The notes under the pieces are model-generated. The model was not told where the DNA came from. It did no database searches and was given only the letters and a program-made list of their open reading frames with translations. This document shows positions 23,345-35,270 of a DNA stretch of 64,000 bases, in pieces; position 1 is the stretch's first letter, and the number at the start of each line of letters is the position of its first letter. This DNA is from Vicugna vicugna (lineage: Eukaryota), in assembly GCA_013265495.1 (NCBI GenBank), contig MU058636.1:6545741-6609740 (forward strand), written 5' to 3'. The translations under genes and the position numbers were made by a program.

Positions 23345-23870
23345 TATAAATCAAGAATCACTCAAACTCTCTTAAGAAAGGAGGGGAATTTATTTCAAAT
23401 TCAATGAAGTATCATCATAGGAAACCAAGAAGAAACACTCAGGCCAGAGGATGGGTTGAATGCAAGTAACTCTGAGGAGGAGTCACTTTCCAAACATCAT
23501 TTCTCTTGCCACTTCTGTGCATCTTAGAACGCCTCCTTCATTCCCCTTTGTACTATTCAGCTTCTCTACTAACCCATCTTAAACATGACCATAAACATAG
23601 CTTCCTCTTTAAGCCTATAGATTCTTAAGTTAGTGACTTTCTGCTGCATTTTTCAGTTCCCTGTCCTGAGAGAAAACAGCAGATGGTAGTGGCTCATCTT
23701 TTCAAGCCAGACTAGCTACTTGAGTCTCAGGTCACTAGCAAGCAATGAGTGGACCAATCCTGAACCAGGAGTTCCCCTTGGCCCAGCACCCGCAGACAGG
23801 GAGAGTGTGGTCACAAAGGCAGGAGGTCCACCCGAAGGAGCCAGGCAGCAGGAAGTGAAAGTTTCTAGTA
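23345..23870 (-). mobile_element. Old MaLR-like LTR remnant
   Basis: CACTCAAACTCTCTTAAGAAAGGAGGGGAATTTATT resembles an MLT1 start; the rest is very diverged. Confidence 0.4.
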
Positions 23871-25244
23871 CACATTCTTCACCTCATTTTCTCTGTAAAA
23901 TACGGGTGAGCCACTGTTTCACAAATTTCCACTGGGATTGAGGTACTTTATTGACTTTTTGACTTATACAAACTTAGAATGGCATGTTGTCCTTCCATGC
24001 TTTTCAGCAAATGCCACCAACTTAATTCATTTAATATAATTGACATCACTGATGGTGGCTGTCTTCATATTTGATCTTCATTACAATATTAGCATACATA
24101 ATGTTGGCTCCAGAGGACACAGATACTGTCTGAACTCTCAGAACACCCTTCTGAGATCGATTTATTTAATAGCTCCTATCTGTAGAACGTTTTATAGTTT
24201 ACAAACTGCTCTCACGTAGGCGGCAACGTTTCACATGGTAACCCGCAGTGGCCACACACACAGCACAGGCTTCCCTTGCAAGGTCTTGACAGCTGTTTCT
24301 GCTGCACCTCCTTTGCCCTGACACCAGGGCTCTGCCCACTAGGCTCTCAGCTATGCTGGCGTTACTTCTTTAAGGCAGAAGGCTGCCAGACATGTGATCC
24401 ATGATTCAATTTTGATTTTGTAAATGATAAAAATTACTCTGGTGTTTACTGGAGGAAAACATTCAGGACAGGGATGCTCTGGAGAATCAGGAGTCTGGAG
24501 AAGCAGTGGCCCAATCCTCCAGTAAAGGAGAAAACTGAAGAGATTAACACAGTTCAGAAACTATCCTGTAGTTTCCTCATGATCCGAAGCTCAAGAGTTT
24601 ACCTCTTACCCTTCCTTATCGCAAACTTCTTGATATCTTCCAGTATGAGTAAAACTCTATTTGCGTCACCTCAGAGGTTAAAAAATTACCTGTAATCAGT
24701 CTTACAGCTATTTTAAAGGAGCAGGTGCCTTGCAAAAGGTACCTGCTTTAAAGACCCATCCCCAAATTGCTGCCCTCCTCCTCTGAGGGCTCTTCCTATT
24801 CAGAAAAGCAACACCACATATAATTGGACCAATGAATTGTATCCAGGATTCACGTTTAAGTATGAATGGTAGGGAAACCATATAAAAGCAATCTAATAGC
24901 AATTTGTGTTGATGGTGTTTCTTATCAGATTCTCAGTTTCTAGACTTGTCAAATATTGAAGTTCTTGGAGCAAAAACCAACCCTCCAGAGCCTGCAACAT
25001 TTACTTGGAACTGTACTCAGAATATAAAGAGCTAGGACAGGAATGAAAAACAAGTCAATACAACCACGATGTTCTGTTTCTCCCAGAATGTGTGTTCTGA
25101 GAAGGATGTACTGAGGGCAGTCAGATGGGGTCTGCTTAGCCTGTCTTTTGTTCCCTAGCCCCTCGGACTACCCCTGCCCCTGTGCAAATGGTAGCAAGTG
25201 CTAAATTACCACCCACTATGGGGAACCATCCTGTGTGGGTTCAG

Positions 25245-25460
25245 GACTGAAGACAGCCAGGTCTAGTACTGCCTCTGCCCTGAGATAACTACGTGACTCG
25301 TGTTTCCTATTTATCCTCTTGATCTGCTTCTCTTGAAGTGGGATCATACAGCAAACGCTGCTCTGCTTACTTCAGCAGGCTGTTTAAGATATAGAATAGG
25401 ATCATATAAGTGAAACTATTTTAAAAAGCTAAGAACTGATATGCAAAAATAAGAAATGAA
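25245..25460 (+). mobile_element. MIR fragment
   Basis: TACTGCCTCTGCC...TGTGACT-like core...CTGTTTAAGATATAGAATAGGATCATATAAGTGAAA. Confidence 0.5.
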
Positions 25461-26619
25461 GGGAATGTAGGCTATTTTCACTCAGAACCCAAAGAGTAAC
25501 ATTGTTTTTGCTTTTATCCACTGAAAAGAAGCCTCAATCGAAGTCATTTTCTTTTCTCGGATATAAGCGATTTGGGAAGGAACGTCTGCCTGTGATGCAT
25601 TCTGTCACCACCATCCCACCCGGCCCCTTAGACTTCTGCTGACGCTTTTCTCCACACTCATGAGGATTTTACTGACATTTTGCTCAAGGTCCTTTTTGGC
25701 TTCCGACTGCAGCCCAGTCCCAAAGCCAATGCCACACATTTTAGGGTTTTGTTACAGACAGACATTTTCTATGGGATCTATTTACAGGGAGTCAGATCAT
25801 AATATTTGCAACCCATTCCCTACACACACACACACATACACACACATCCCTGACCTGGCAGAGGATTGTAATAGCACCCCTTTTTAAATAGCTAATGAGA
25901 CCACTTAGGGTGACCCACTTAGGGTTCTAATTACCACTGCTGAAAAAATGTCCTTTAATGTTTGCATTTCTGCCACCTACCTTTCCTAATGCTAGGTGCT
26001 GAATCCCTGACTCTGGTCTTCATGTCTCAGTAGCCCAGCAGCAAGGCACCAAATTCCAATTTTAAATATATCTGCCAGATTTTAGTGTGCTTCTGTGGCT
26101 GCATATATGCTGAGAGGCTAAAAAAAGTAGTCCTAATCACAAACAATCACCTTAATCATTTGGCAGAGACACTACTATTGTTTATATTTTGAAAAATCAA
26201 TACCTCTTTCAATAAAAATAGCCAAACAAAAGCCAGATAACCAAATCCTAACCATGATTCCAGATCTTTATTTATAGACTGACGTGTAAGTGTCCAATCT
26301 CACCGTAACTTCCACTGCAAACAGACTATCTTTATATGATTACTAAAATTCCAAACAGAAATGAAGAACTAGAAATTCAGGACTTGCAAATACAAGTTTA
26401 TAGAAGAAAAATCTGTCTATAAATCTTCCTAGAATTCTTCAAAGAGGTCATTTAAATTTTAAAATTTAGAGCTGCCGGCCTAACTTCTAAGCAGAAGAAA
26501 CATTAAAGCCTAACTAATTTCATTATCTGCAGAAGTTAAGAGCCTCTACAAACATGTGTCTTCTATACAGCAGGCATTCAATAATTAAACAGTCCTAGAG
26601 TTGAAATGGAATTGGCAGA

Positions 26620-27070
26620 TCCCTTAAGAGTACTGATGAGAATGAGGTAGTATAGGTGAAATGTATGCATAAGAGCCTAACACAGAACCTGGCATGCTGT
26701 AGGCACTCAATAAATACTGGTTGAAAATAAATATTGCAGGTAAAATCTCTGCAACAAGAAACACTTCCCCAAAATTTACAGAATACAGATAAACAATCAC
26801 ATACATTAAATACACAGTAATAGTATCACAGAAGTAGACAGCAGCACTGGGTGTAGAGTCAGAAAACCTAAGTTCAAGTCCCAGTTCCACCATTTACCAG
26901 CTGTCTGATGTTGGAAACTTCACTTAACTTGTCCTAGTATCCAATTTCTTACCTGTAAGAACAGGAATAATAGTATCTCATCACATATGTACATAGCGTT
27001 ATTAGAAGCACAAAATCAAGCGAGATAATTCTTTGGAAAGAGTAACATAAATCTAAGATATCACTGTCAC
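26620..27070 (+). mobile_element. Two MIR fragments
   Basis: CCTGGCATGCTGTAGGCACTCAATAAATA, then GAGTCAGAAAACCTAAGTTCAAGTCCCAGTTCCACCATTTACCAGCTGT...ACCTGTAAGAACAGGAATAATA. Confidence 0.8.
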
Positions 27071-28667
27071 CGCAGTTGCTGTTGTTACTGTATCGGTATT
27101 GCTTTAAAACCCCCCTGAACATTCTGAAGAGTTAGTTTGGAAAATGACAGATTCATCTGTAATCTTACAGGAAATTTCAACAGAGATATGAAAATGCATA
27201 CATGCTTGCAAAGTAGTTTCCCAAGGGTATACTGTATTGTAAGAATAATAAATCACTATAAATCAAATAGGACCAATAAATTTTGCACTTAACACAATGA
27301 GTAGTTCAGGGTTCACACAGTTTTCATCAAAGAAGTGCACTGAACACCGAAAAACCAAACAGCTCTGGGGTAGCCAAAGTAGAGAGAAATATAACAATGA
27401 CCTTAAAACTAGTGACTCACTAAAGAAGTTCCTCTATTCTGGAACACTTTTGAAAATTTTAAAAAAATAATAGATAAATTGGTTAAGATGTAAAATATAA
27501 ATCAGCTTCAAGGAGGCCGATAAATAATTTTGAAAGAAATTAAATACGTGTCACCCAATTCACCATAAAATTACTTTCTGAAAAACATGTAGAGGCTTCA
27601 AACATAAAAGGCTAAATCACACATCAAGATACCTTTGCAATAATTGGACATTTTATTTTTCACAATAAAATGCTAAACTATGAAACATGGTTTCCTAGTA
27701 ACAACAGAAATACTAGGCAAATAAAACAGAATTAAGTTTTCAGCAATCAGCAACCATTCAGCTTCCAACGAGAGGTTGAAATCACACGGAGGCTTGCTTT
27801 TTCATTTCCATTATCATAAAAAAGAAAAAAAATGTAATTGACTTTCCAATTGTAGGATTATTTTTTCAAAATTTGGAGGAGACATTGAAGTGGTGCCCCA
27901 GTGTTCCCTGGACCATTTTGTTCTTTCCTGGTCAGTGTGTAATTACACCCAACAAGGGCATCCTTATCCAGTGAGTGAAGGAGGAGGCATCTTACGTGGC
28001 ATAAGTTTTCAAGGGCCAAGACCGACCTCATCTCTACTCATCAGTGTCTGAAATTCCACACTTGGAAACAGTCTTTGTTTCCATTCGTCTGGGGTTCTTT
28101 GCTTTATGTTGTAAGGCTTCTGGTCCTAAATTTTATAAAACGCAAATGTTCCAATACACATCCTGGCATCCCAAGTACAAACCCTTCAACCAAATTAAAT
28201 GCTGGGCATGTATAAGGATTGTACTAAAAGGAATAAGCAGAAACTGGTAGACAAGATAAATGCATAAATAACTCAAGTGGGTAGCTGCTACTCCTAAAAT
28301 ACAATGAATTCATACTGCTCCATAATACCAAAGGAATTTAACACTCCAGTCATGACAACATAAAGCCTACAGACATAATTTTCCACTATTCTTAAAAAAA
28401 CCTTCGATAGTCATAGCCAGTCATCTACTACCAATCAGTAGCAGGGAACAAAATGGTAAATAAAGAAATAATAGTGGGAAAACTCAGAAATACGATCTCT
28501 TAAAATTTTATATTAATTGCTTTTGACATGTAGAAGCAGGCAGAAAAATCACATTTTCTGCTAGGAACATTATTGTTCCCAGGAAGTAATGACATAACCA
28601 GTGTTGTATAAACTATGTCATGTTATACAGGAAGCACACCATTTGTTCATATTTGAGAAGCCCTAAG

Positions 28668-29240
28668 AGTTACCTACCAAAAATTCATTCCTCTCCAAAC
28701 ACCTTCCTTCCTGGAAGTTTCCTGTTTTGTTTTGTTCTACTTGTCCACCCTACTTCCTAGGATCAAGTGCTTAGGAAGGATATTCTAATTCCCAGCTAGG
28801 AACAAATACTGAGTAGTCATGCTAGTCATGATAACTCCTCACCAGTGTCTAACTTAGAAATGGGCATGCAGTATAATCCTGATCAATGAAATCTACTGTG
28901 GAGACTTCTTCAATGGTTTGAAAAACAAAAAGACACAGAAAAATGTACACTTTTATACTAAAAAGTGTTTTGTCCAGGTGTAATGACTGGAACTTCTGCA
29001 GCTATCTTGTGACCAAGAGGAGCACTAGCCTAAAAATGAGTCAGTATACTAAAGATGGCAGGACATAAAGATGGAAAGAACTCAGTTCTTTATATCAATG
29101 AGTTGCTGAATTAACCAACCCTGGAGCTGCTTTACTTCTGGGCTTATTACTATGTAAGCTAATACACATTTTTATTATTCAAGACAATTGAGTAATATTC
29201 AAATGCAAATTTTCTATTATTTGCAGTCAAAAAGCAAATG
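28668..29240 (+). mobile_element. MLT1J-like MaLR solo LTR
   Basis: GAAATGGGCATG, GGAACTTCTGCAGCTATCTTGTGACCA, GATGGCAG..AAAGATGGAAAGAAC and GCTGAATTAACCAACCCTGGAGCTGC. Confidence 0.8.
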
Positions 29241-29339
29241 AAAAGTTGCATTCTAACTATTACAGAACATATGTTTATCACAGCAAAGCATTCGAGAGAT
29301 CTCTTGTAATGTCCCTGTGAATTTGATGGAGAAATGTGG

Positions 29340-29550
29340 TTTGAAGAATAATTGGATAGGTTAATAGATGGTTATAGAATGGAGGAAATCTTCAGTAGTA
29401 CGTCTAAGAGTTTATTTTGTCTTTATCTTCACCTGATGAATATTTTTTATCAGCAAAAAATAAATACAGAGAGGCCATAAAACATGTAGATGACAAAACA
29501 GAGAGGGATAACTAATATGCTAGATGACAGAATCAAACTCAGAATGTTTT
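29340..29550 (+). mobile_element. L3/CR1 reverse-transcriptase fragment
   Basis: AATATTTTTTATCAG...AAACATGTAGATGACAAAACAGAGAGGGATAACTAATATGCTAGATGACAGAATCAA corresponds to a degenerate FNIFI..KFADDTKLGG..N.L.DRI of CR1 RT. Confidence 0.7.
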
Positions 29551-29589
29551 TTCCCAAGTAACAACGTGCATGCCTGATATTTCTATCCT

Positions 29590-29880
29590 ACCTCAACAGT
29601 CTCTTCAACTCTAACCCAACTCAGCTGTCTTATCAGTGAAGCTTTTCCTTCTCCCAACTCCTAGGCACAGATAGACATGTTTATCCAATCTCTGCTTGAC
29701 TCTTGTCTCTACCAGTATCACAGCTCTCACCACACCTTAATATATATTTGTTTACTTCTCTGTGTATGTAAGCCCCTGGAAAACAGGAATCATGGCTTAT
29801 TTATTTTGTAGTTTCAACCTCTCATTTGGTTCTACTGGTGGAAAACATGCGTGTATGAATAAATAAGTATGAACAAACAA
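29590..29880 (+). mobile_element. L2 3' fragment
   Basis: TATCACAGCTCTCACCACAC...TTTGTTTACTT...TGTAAGCCCCTGGAAAACAGGAATCATGGCTTATT. Confidence 0.7.
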
Positions 29881-31234
29881 TTAAATTCACTGATTTAAAG
29901 AAATAGTTTCATTTATTTGAAGCTGAAGGAGAAAAAATAAAAGAAACAAAACTGAAAAGTTAATGGAAACTACCAGAGACCACAAAAGTCTGGATCCAGA
30001 CCCAATATGACAAATGATTAAGAGACATTTTAGGAAGCTGTTTGCTCTCTCTTAATTGAGCCTGGCTCCCCTTCATTTATAACTTATTCATATATATGTG
30101 TGCACGTGCACAAACGCACAACGTAACATTGTAGATGGCCACGATATTTCACACTTTTCAAGACTTTCTTTGCAAGAGCACTGACTAGCTTGAATTATGC
30201 TTTAAGCAACAATCACTGGGAATTTGCAGTTTCTGTAGAGATCACTGGTAGCCTGGACAGAGTAACTTTTTTTTTTTCAATCTCTCTGAAGTCCTGAGCT
30301 GTGATGATGGCAATGTAGAATGCTTGGAATTCAAACCTGATCTCTATGTAATTGTCTTGTCCTTCAACAGACTGTTTGAAATATTTACCTTCCAATGCCT
30401 TCTCCAATGACACTCCATGTTCCCTTTTACCAGTTATGCACATAAACATATTAAAACATAAGATGCAAGATTTATGCTAATTCTTAACTGTACACAACTA
30501 AATATCTATTGTATGTTTCTAGAAAACGTAACAATTCAAAAGAAATTGTGTGTTAAGAATTAAAGCCATATATCTAGTTCACTTGCAGGGGAACAGAGAC
30601 GCATTGCTTTCCGAGTACAGAAAGGAAGCCAAAGGAATGACCTACCAACGCTTTGTTTGAACACAAAGGCCCCTTTACTACGAGTCCAAAACCAGCTAAT
30701 AAAACCACTGAGTACATAATAAAAACCATAATACTAGAGCTTTATTTTCTTATCATAACAAGGCTCCAGGTTAACTCCTCCATATGGACTGAGCTCTTGT
30801 TAAACATTCTGGAACCTCCTCATTTAGATTGGGTTGTGAAATCAAACTGAGAACTGATGTGAAAACTGAATGCCTGACAATTCATGTATGAGTCCTAAAG
30901 AAGACAAATTTAAATTATTGCTTAGAATTTAGAAAATGTGACTACAAGCACTTGAGTAAGTTTATTTTCATCTAAGCTTCAATGATCCAGTCAAGAGGTC
31001 ACCAATCTCTATTCTCCCAGACTGTAGTAACCACTGCCTCATTCAGCTCTAAGAGAAAATTATTTAAAAGAAATATAGTGTTTGGAGATATCCAGGGTAA
31101 TAGCTTCTCTATGTCATGTCTTATATGATTTATAGGAGATTTTTGCATTGTTATGGTGTGTTAAATACAGAAAAAGGAAGAATGGACATTACATATGATA
31201 GTCAGTCCAGAGGGCAGAGGGCAAAGGGCAGACT

Positions 31235-31860
31235 ATGGAAGTTTTAAAATATTGGCTCCAAATTTTGTGATATGTCTCATATCAAGAAGAGGGTCCCCAC
31301 CCCACAAATCTGGGCAGGCTTGTGACTGTTTCAGTTAATTAGAGGGAAAGTGACACTATTTCGGAGGTCAGGTCAGAAAAGGCCACAGCATTTCCACCTA
31401 GCTCTCTTTTGCACTTTTGCTCTTTGGATGTGTCCTTTCAGGAAACTCTCTGGGACCCTCAAGCACTACATTGTGTGAAGCCCAAACTCACAGAGGGGTG
31501 GTTTGGCTGACGGCTGCCAGCTGGCTCTTCTGTTGGAGTCATCCCCTCTGAGATATATATATGTGAGAGAAGAAGCCTCTAGGCCAGTGGTTCTCAAATT
31601 TTAGTATGCATCAGAATCATCCGAGGCCTTGTTAAAATATACAGCCCAATTGCTGAAGCTTTTGATTCTGTAGATCTAGGGTAGAACCAGATAATTTGCA
31701 TTTCTAAGTTCTGATGTGATTTGGAGATTACACTTTGAGATGCTGCAGATGATTGGAGCCACCCATCATTGGTGAGACCCCAGCATGATAGGACAGAGAC
31801 AATCCGTCTTTGCTCTGCCCTGTCTGGACTCCTGGCCCACAGAATCTATGAACAGAATTA
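31235..31860 (+). mobile_element. MLT1H-like MaLR LTR with inserted MER5A
   Basis: AATCTGGGCAGGCTTGTGACTG, GGTCAGAAAAGGCCACAGCATTTCCACCT and CTGCCCTGTCTGGACTCCTGGCCCACAGAATC. Confidence 0.8.
31585..31745 (+). mobile_element. MER5A (hAT-Charlie MITE)
   Basis: CAGTGGTTCTCAAATTTTAGTATGCATCAGAATCA...ATTTGCATTTCTAA...CACACTTTGAG-like end. Confidence 0.85.
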
Positions 31861-32084
31861 CTCCACAGTTTCCCATTTAAGAAGGTATATTAGAATGAAA
31901 AAGAGTAAAATGACATTCATTATAAGGAACTTTTAATTCACTCTAATTGATTTTAAAAGCACAGCATTCACAAACTTTAATGCCTTAATGATTAGCTTTA
32001 ATTCTCAATGGGATGCAACACAGTTCACAAGTGACTGCAGAACATCACTGCTTACTCACCACATCCGGGAGTCTCCCAGATGCA

Positions 32085-32526
32085 GAACCCAGAGCATGGG
32101 CTTTGGAATCAGTAGAGCTGACATGGAATCTCACCTCTGCTACTTACTTACATGTTAATAGGACAGTTGATGAGGGAGGGCAGGGACTATGGAGTTTGTG
32201 TTCCTGGGTTTAAATCTCAGTTCTGTCACTTTCCAGCTGCGCATGATCTGAAGCAAGATACTTAACCTTTGTTTCCCCATTCCTAGAATGGCCTGAGAAT
32301 AGTTCTATGATCATGAAATGAGATAATGCTCTTAGAACATTGCCTGGCACTGAGAAGTCACTCTGCAAATATCTTTTGAAGTGTTACATGTCTTTAGATA
32401 GGCTTTTTATCACTCTGAGAATTAGAACTTCATACACAAAATAGTATCTACCTCATTAAGGTGATTATTAGGATTAAAGAATAGATAAACAATGTGCTCA
32501 ATAAATGGCAGCTAATTATTATTATT
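32085..32526 (+). mobile_element. MIR elements, one apparently nested in another
   Basis: GAGCATGGGCTTTGGAATCAG, CCTGGGTTTAAATCTCAGTTCTGTCACTTTCCAGCTG and GTGCTCAATAAATGGCAGCTAATTATTATTATT. Confidence 0.75.
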
Positions 32527-32531
32527 GTATC

Positions 32532-32561
32532 CTTCTTCTTCTTCTTCTTCTTCTTCTTCTT

Positions 32562-32624
<63 letters not shown>
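32532..32624. repeat. Compound microsatellite (CTT)20(ATT)11
   Basis: Read directly: CTT repeats at 32532-32591 and ATT repeats at 32592-32624. Confidence 0.97.
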
Positions 32625-32626
<2 letters not shown>

Positions 32627-33369
32627 ACAGGATACTACTAGGGACAGAAAGCGCAAGTGAACAAGTTCTACTCCGATAAAATAGAGTTTACATGTCGGGG
32701 TGAGATGACAGCAATACATAAGGTAACTTAGCCTGGCTCCAGTGAAACAGTAAGGGAGTACAAGTTACTAGAAGTTCAATGTAGAATCAGAGGGATTCCT
32801 GAAAGTCTTTCCACATCTGCTCTAAAGCCGGAATAAGAACTGCACTAAATCATCGTAGATTCTGGCCACTGTCCTCTTAGTGTCAGGTCCTGGCAACTGT
32901 GAAGCCAGCAGCATCCAGCTTTGTCGTTTCCAACCTCCAGCATCTACTCCTCTTTCTCTCCTTGGTACCCAGTGTAGTTTCTAGGTATCATTCCCTTTGG
33001 ACCTTATGCTAATAAATTATTAGATGGACAGCAAGTCCTTTGGAATATTAATCAGTGATCAAAATTTAGGTAAGAACTCTGAGATGATACCTTTCATTAA
33101 TGGAAAAAGACTTTACAAGACAAAGAACCTTCATGGCCTCACAGAATAAATCTATAATAATGCAGTGATGGGTGAGGAGACTGCCAGTTTGAAGCAAGAT
33201 TTTCTCAGTTCAGTTACATCACAGTATAAAGAAGGCTACTCTCCCCCAAGCCTGGCCTGTTGGTTTCAAATTTTACAAGGTATTATTAGCATAGCTTTCT
33301 TTAAAAAATTATTTCTTATTCAAGATGTATTTCATACTTCACATAACTAGAAAAATTCTAGTTCTAGAA

Positions 33370-34480
33370 GAAACTTTAGGTAAATATTTTCCTCCTCTCT
33401 GGATGGCGAAGAATTTTCTAAGCATAAAGAAATAAAAGGAATCACAAAGTAAAAGATATACAGCTGTGACTGTATAAAAATTGAAATCTTCATATATTAT
33501 GAAACACCATAAGCTAAATTAAAACTGAGAAATAGCTTCATCCACAAAGCATTTATATCCATAGCATACAAATAGTTCATATAAATCATTAAATAAAAAC
33601 TCTAGCATCTCAATAGAAATATGGTCTAAAGATATACACAGATAATTTACCTTATTAGTAGAAAAAATAATTGCAAATTTAAACTACATATCATTTTCCT
33701 CTCAGCAAATTAAAAAAGATTGTGAAATATGTTAATATTTTATGTTGTTGAAGGTTCATTAAAACTGGATTCTCATACCCTCTCATAAAAGTGGTCTGAA
33801 TTTTCTGGAAAAAATTTCAGCAAAGTAAGTGAGAAGTCATAGAAACATCTTTAAGCCTTGAGCCATAGGGTCCCCTTCTAAGGAAACCTGGAAAATTTCC
33901 TCAGGGAAAAAAATCAGAGTTTCACTCAAAAGTTAAAGTACAAAGATAGTTACCCTGACTTTATTTATAACAGCAAAATTGATAGAAAAACATATACTCA
34001 ACATTAAGGATAAAATAGAGCTTTGTATGTTCAAAATAATATGCGGTCATACAAAAATTTCAGATAGTTCTTAATGATTTGAGAAAATTCATACAAAAAG
34101 TCAGTGGAGAAAAAAATCAGGATACAAAACAGGATTCAACAGTGATAGCTTTTGAAATTTTCTGGTAGCAGCTGTCTAGAGGATGTTCTGAAACAGCATC
34201 TGGGCTCAGCAGGAACGAAGCCATGATCACAAATATGTGCCACGAGCATAAAAGCTGGGGAGTAACAGCCCACGTGCACCACGTCTGCCATCCCTAGTAG
34301 TACATGCACTCTGGTCCCAATCGTTTATCAGCATGTACAGATGCTCTGTGTGCGTGTGTAAAATCACTTCATTGTAGCCACATGACTACTTTTAGATTGT
34401 GATACTAGGGTGATTTGGTTTTGTTAAAAAATACTTTGGTAGTTTTCAAATTTTCTACATTAAATACATATTGGGTTTGT
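33370..34480 (+). mobile_element. Diverged L1ME ORF2 end and 3' region
   Basis: TTTCTAAGCATAAAG, TGACTGTATAAAAATTGAAATCTTC, TTATTTATAACAGCAAAA and TTTTCAAATTTTCTACATTAAATACATATT. Confidence 0.7.
34140..34295 (+). mobile_element. MER102-like hAT fragment inserted in L1ME
   Basis: GGTAGCAGCTG...CATCTGGGCTCAGCAGG...ATGTGCCACGAGCA...CACGTCTGCCATCCCT. Similar to the 61515-61670 element. Confidence 0.6.
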
Positions 34481-35084
34481 ATTAATTTCTTTTTTAGATG
34501 TTTAAATTGTTCAAGAAATTTTTTTTAACAAGATGTTACATTCGCTCGGGGGAAAGGGGCAGGGGTTGGGGAATAAAAACACAGACTATTACATTTTAGA
34601 GAGATTTTTGTAGGTACTTTCATTTCTTTTTTTTCCAGGAGGTAAATGTATTATTAGAGTTAGGAATATCTTTCCCAGGACAGGTGAGCTCTAAATCTCT
34701 TTAAATTTGGTTATGAATAAGAATGTGACCTTTTGTCTCCTATGGAAATCCAAGCACTTAAAAGATTTCTGTGAATGAGTTAAAAAAAAAAAAAGAATCA
34801 ATTTTGTCAGTATAAATAGCCAAGGGTCTGGAAATAATAAGATTGCATTTGAAAGCATCAGTCTTATGGTGAGCTTTTAAAGTTTTGAAACAATTGATGA
34901 CAGTTTTATTTTATTATTTTTACTCGTATGTATACTGCTGAGTCATGCCCATTCTTAAAGCTGGGTTTGATATTTTCAAAGCTCTGATTTCTTTGCAGAA
35001 AGTAATTACCAGGTGAAGCAGCAAGTAAGCGTGGTTTCATGGCTAAATTTTTCCACCTCCTGAGGCTGAGTCTCAGAATTGGAA

Positions 35085-35270
35085 ACCATAAGCTTCAGAG
35101 AGTCAGGGACAAAGGGCCCAGATGCAGCTCTCTCTTTAATTAGCTCTGTGACATGAGACAAGCCATTTTCTCTGTTCCCTTTTAGAATTTCCACATTTGT
35201 AATATGAAAATATACTGTTACTGTCCTCCAGGGCACGATACGTGAGGATAAACTGGGTAAAGGATGCAAG
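35085..35270 (+). mobile_element. MIR
   Basis: ATTAGCTCTGTGACATGAGACAAGCCATTTTCTCT...CCACATTTGTAATATGA...GTGAGGATAAA. Confidence 0.75.

Noticed and set aside
32494..32719. ORFs with poly-F/L and poly-I/R tracts
   Set aside because: They are translations of the (CTT)20(ATT)11 microsatellite.
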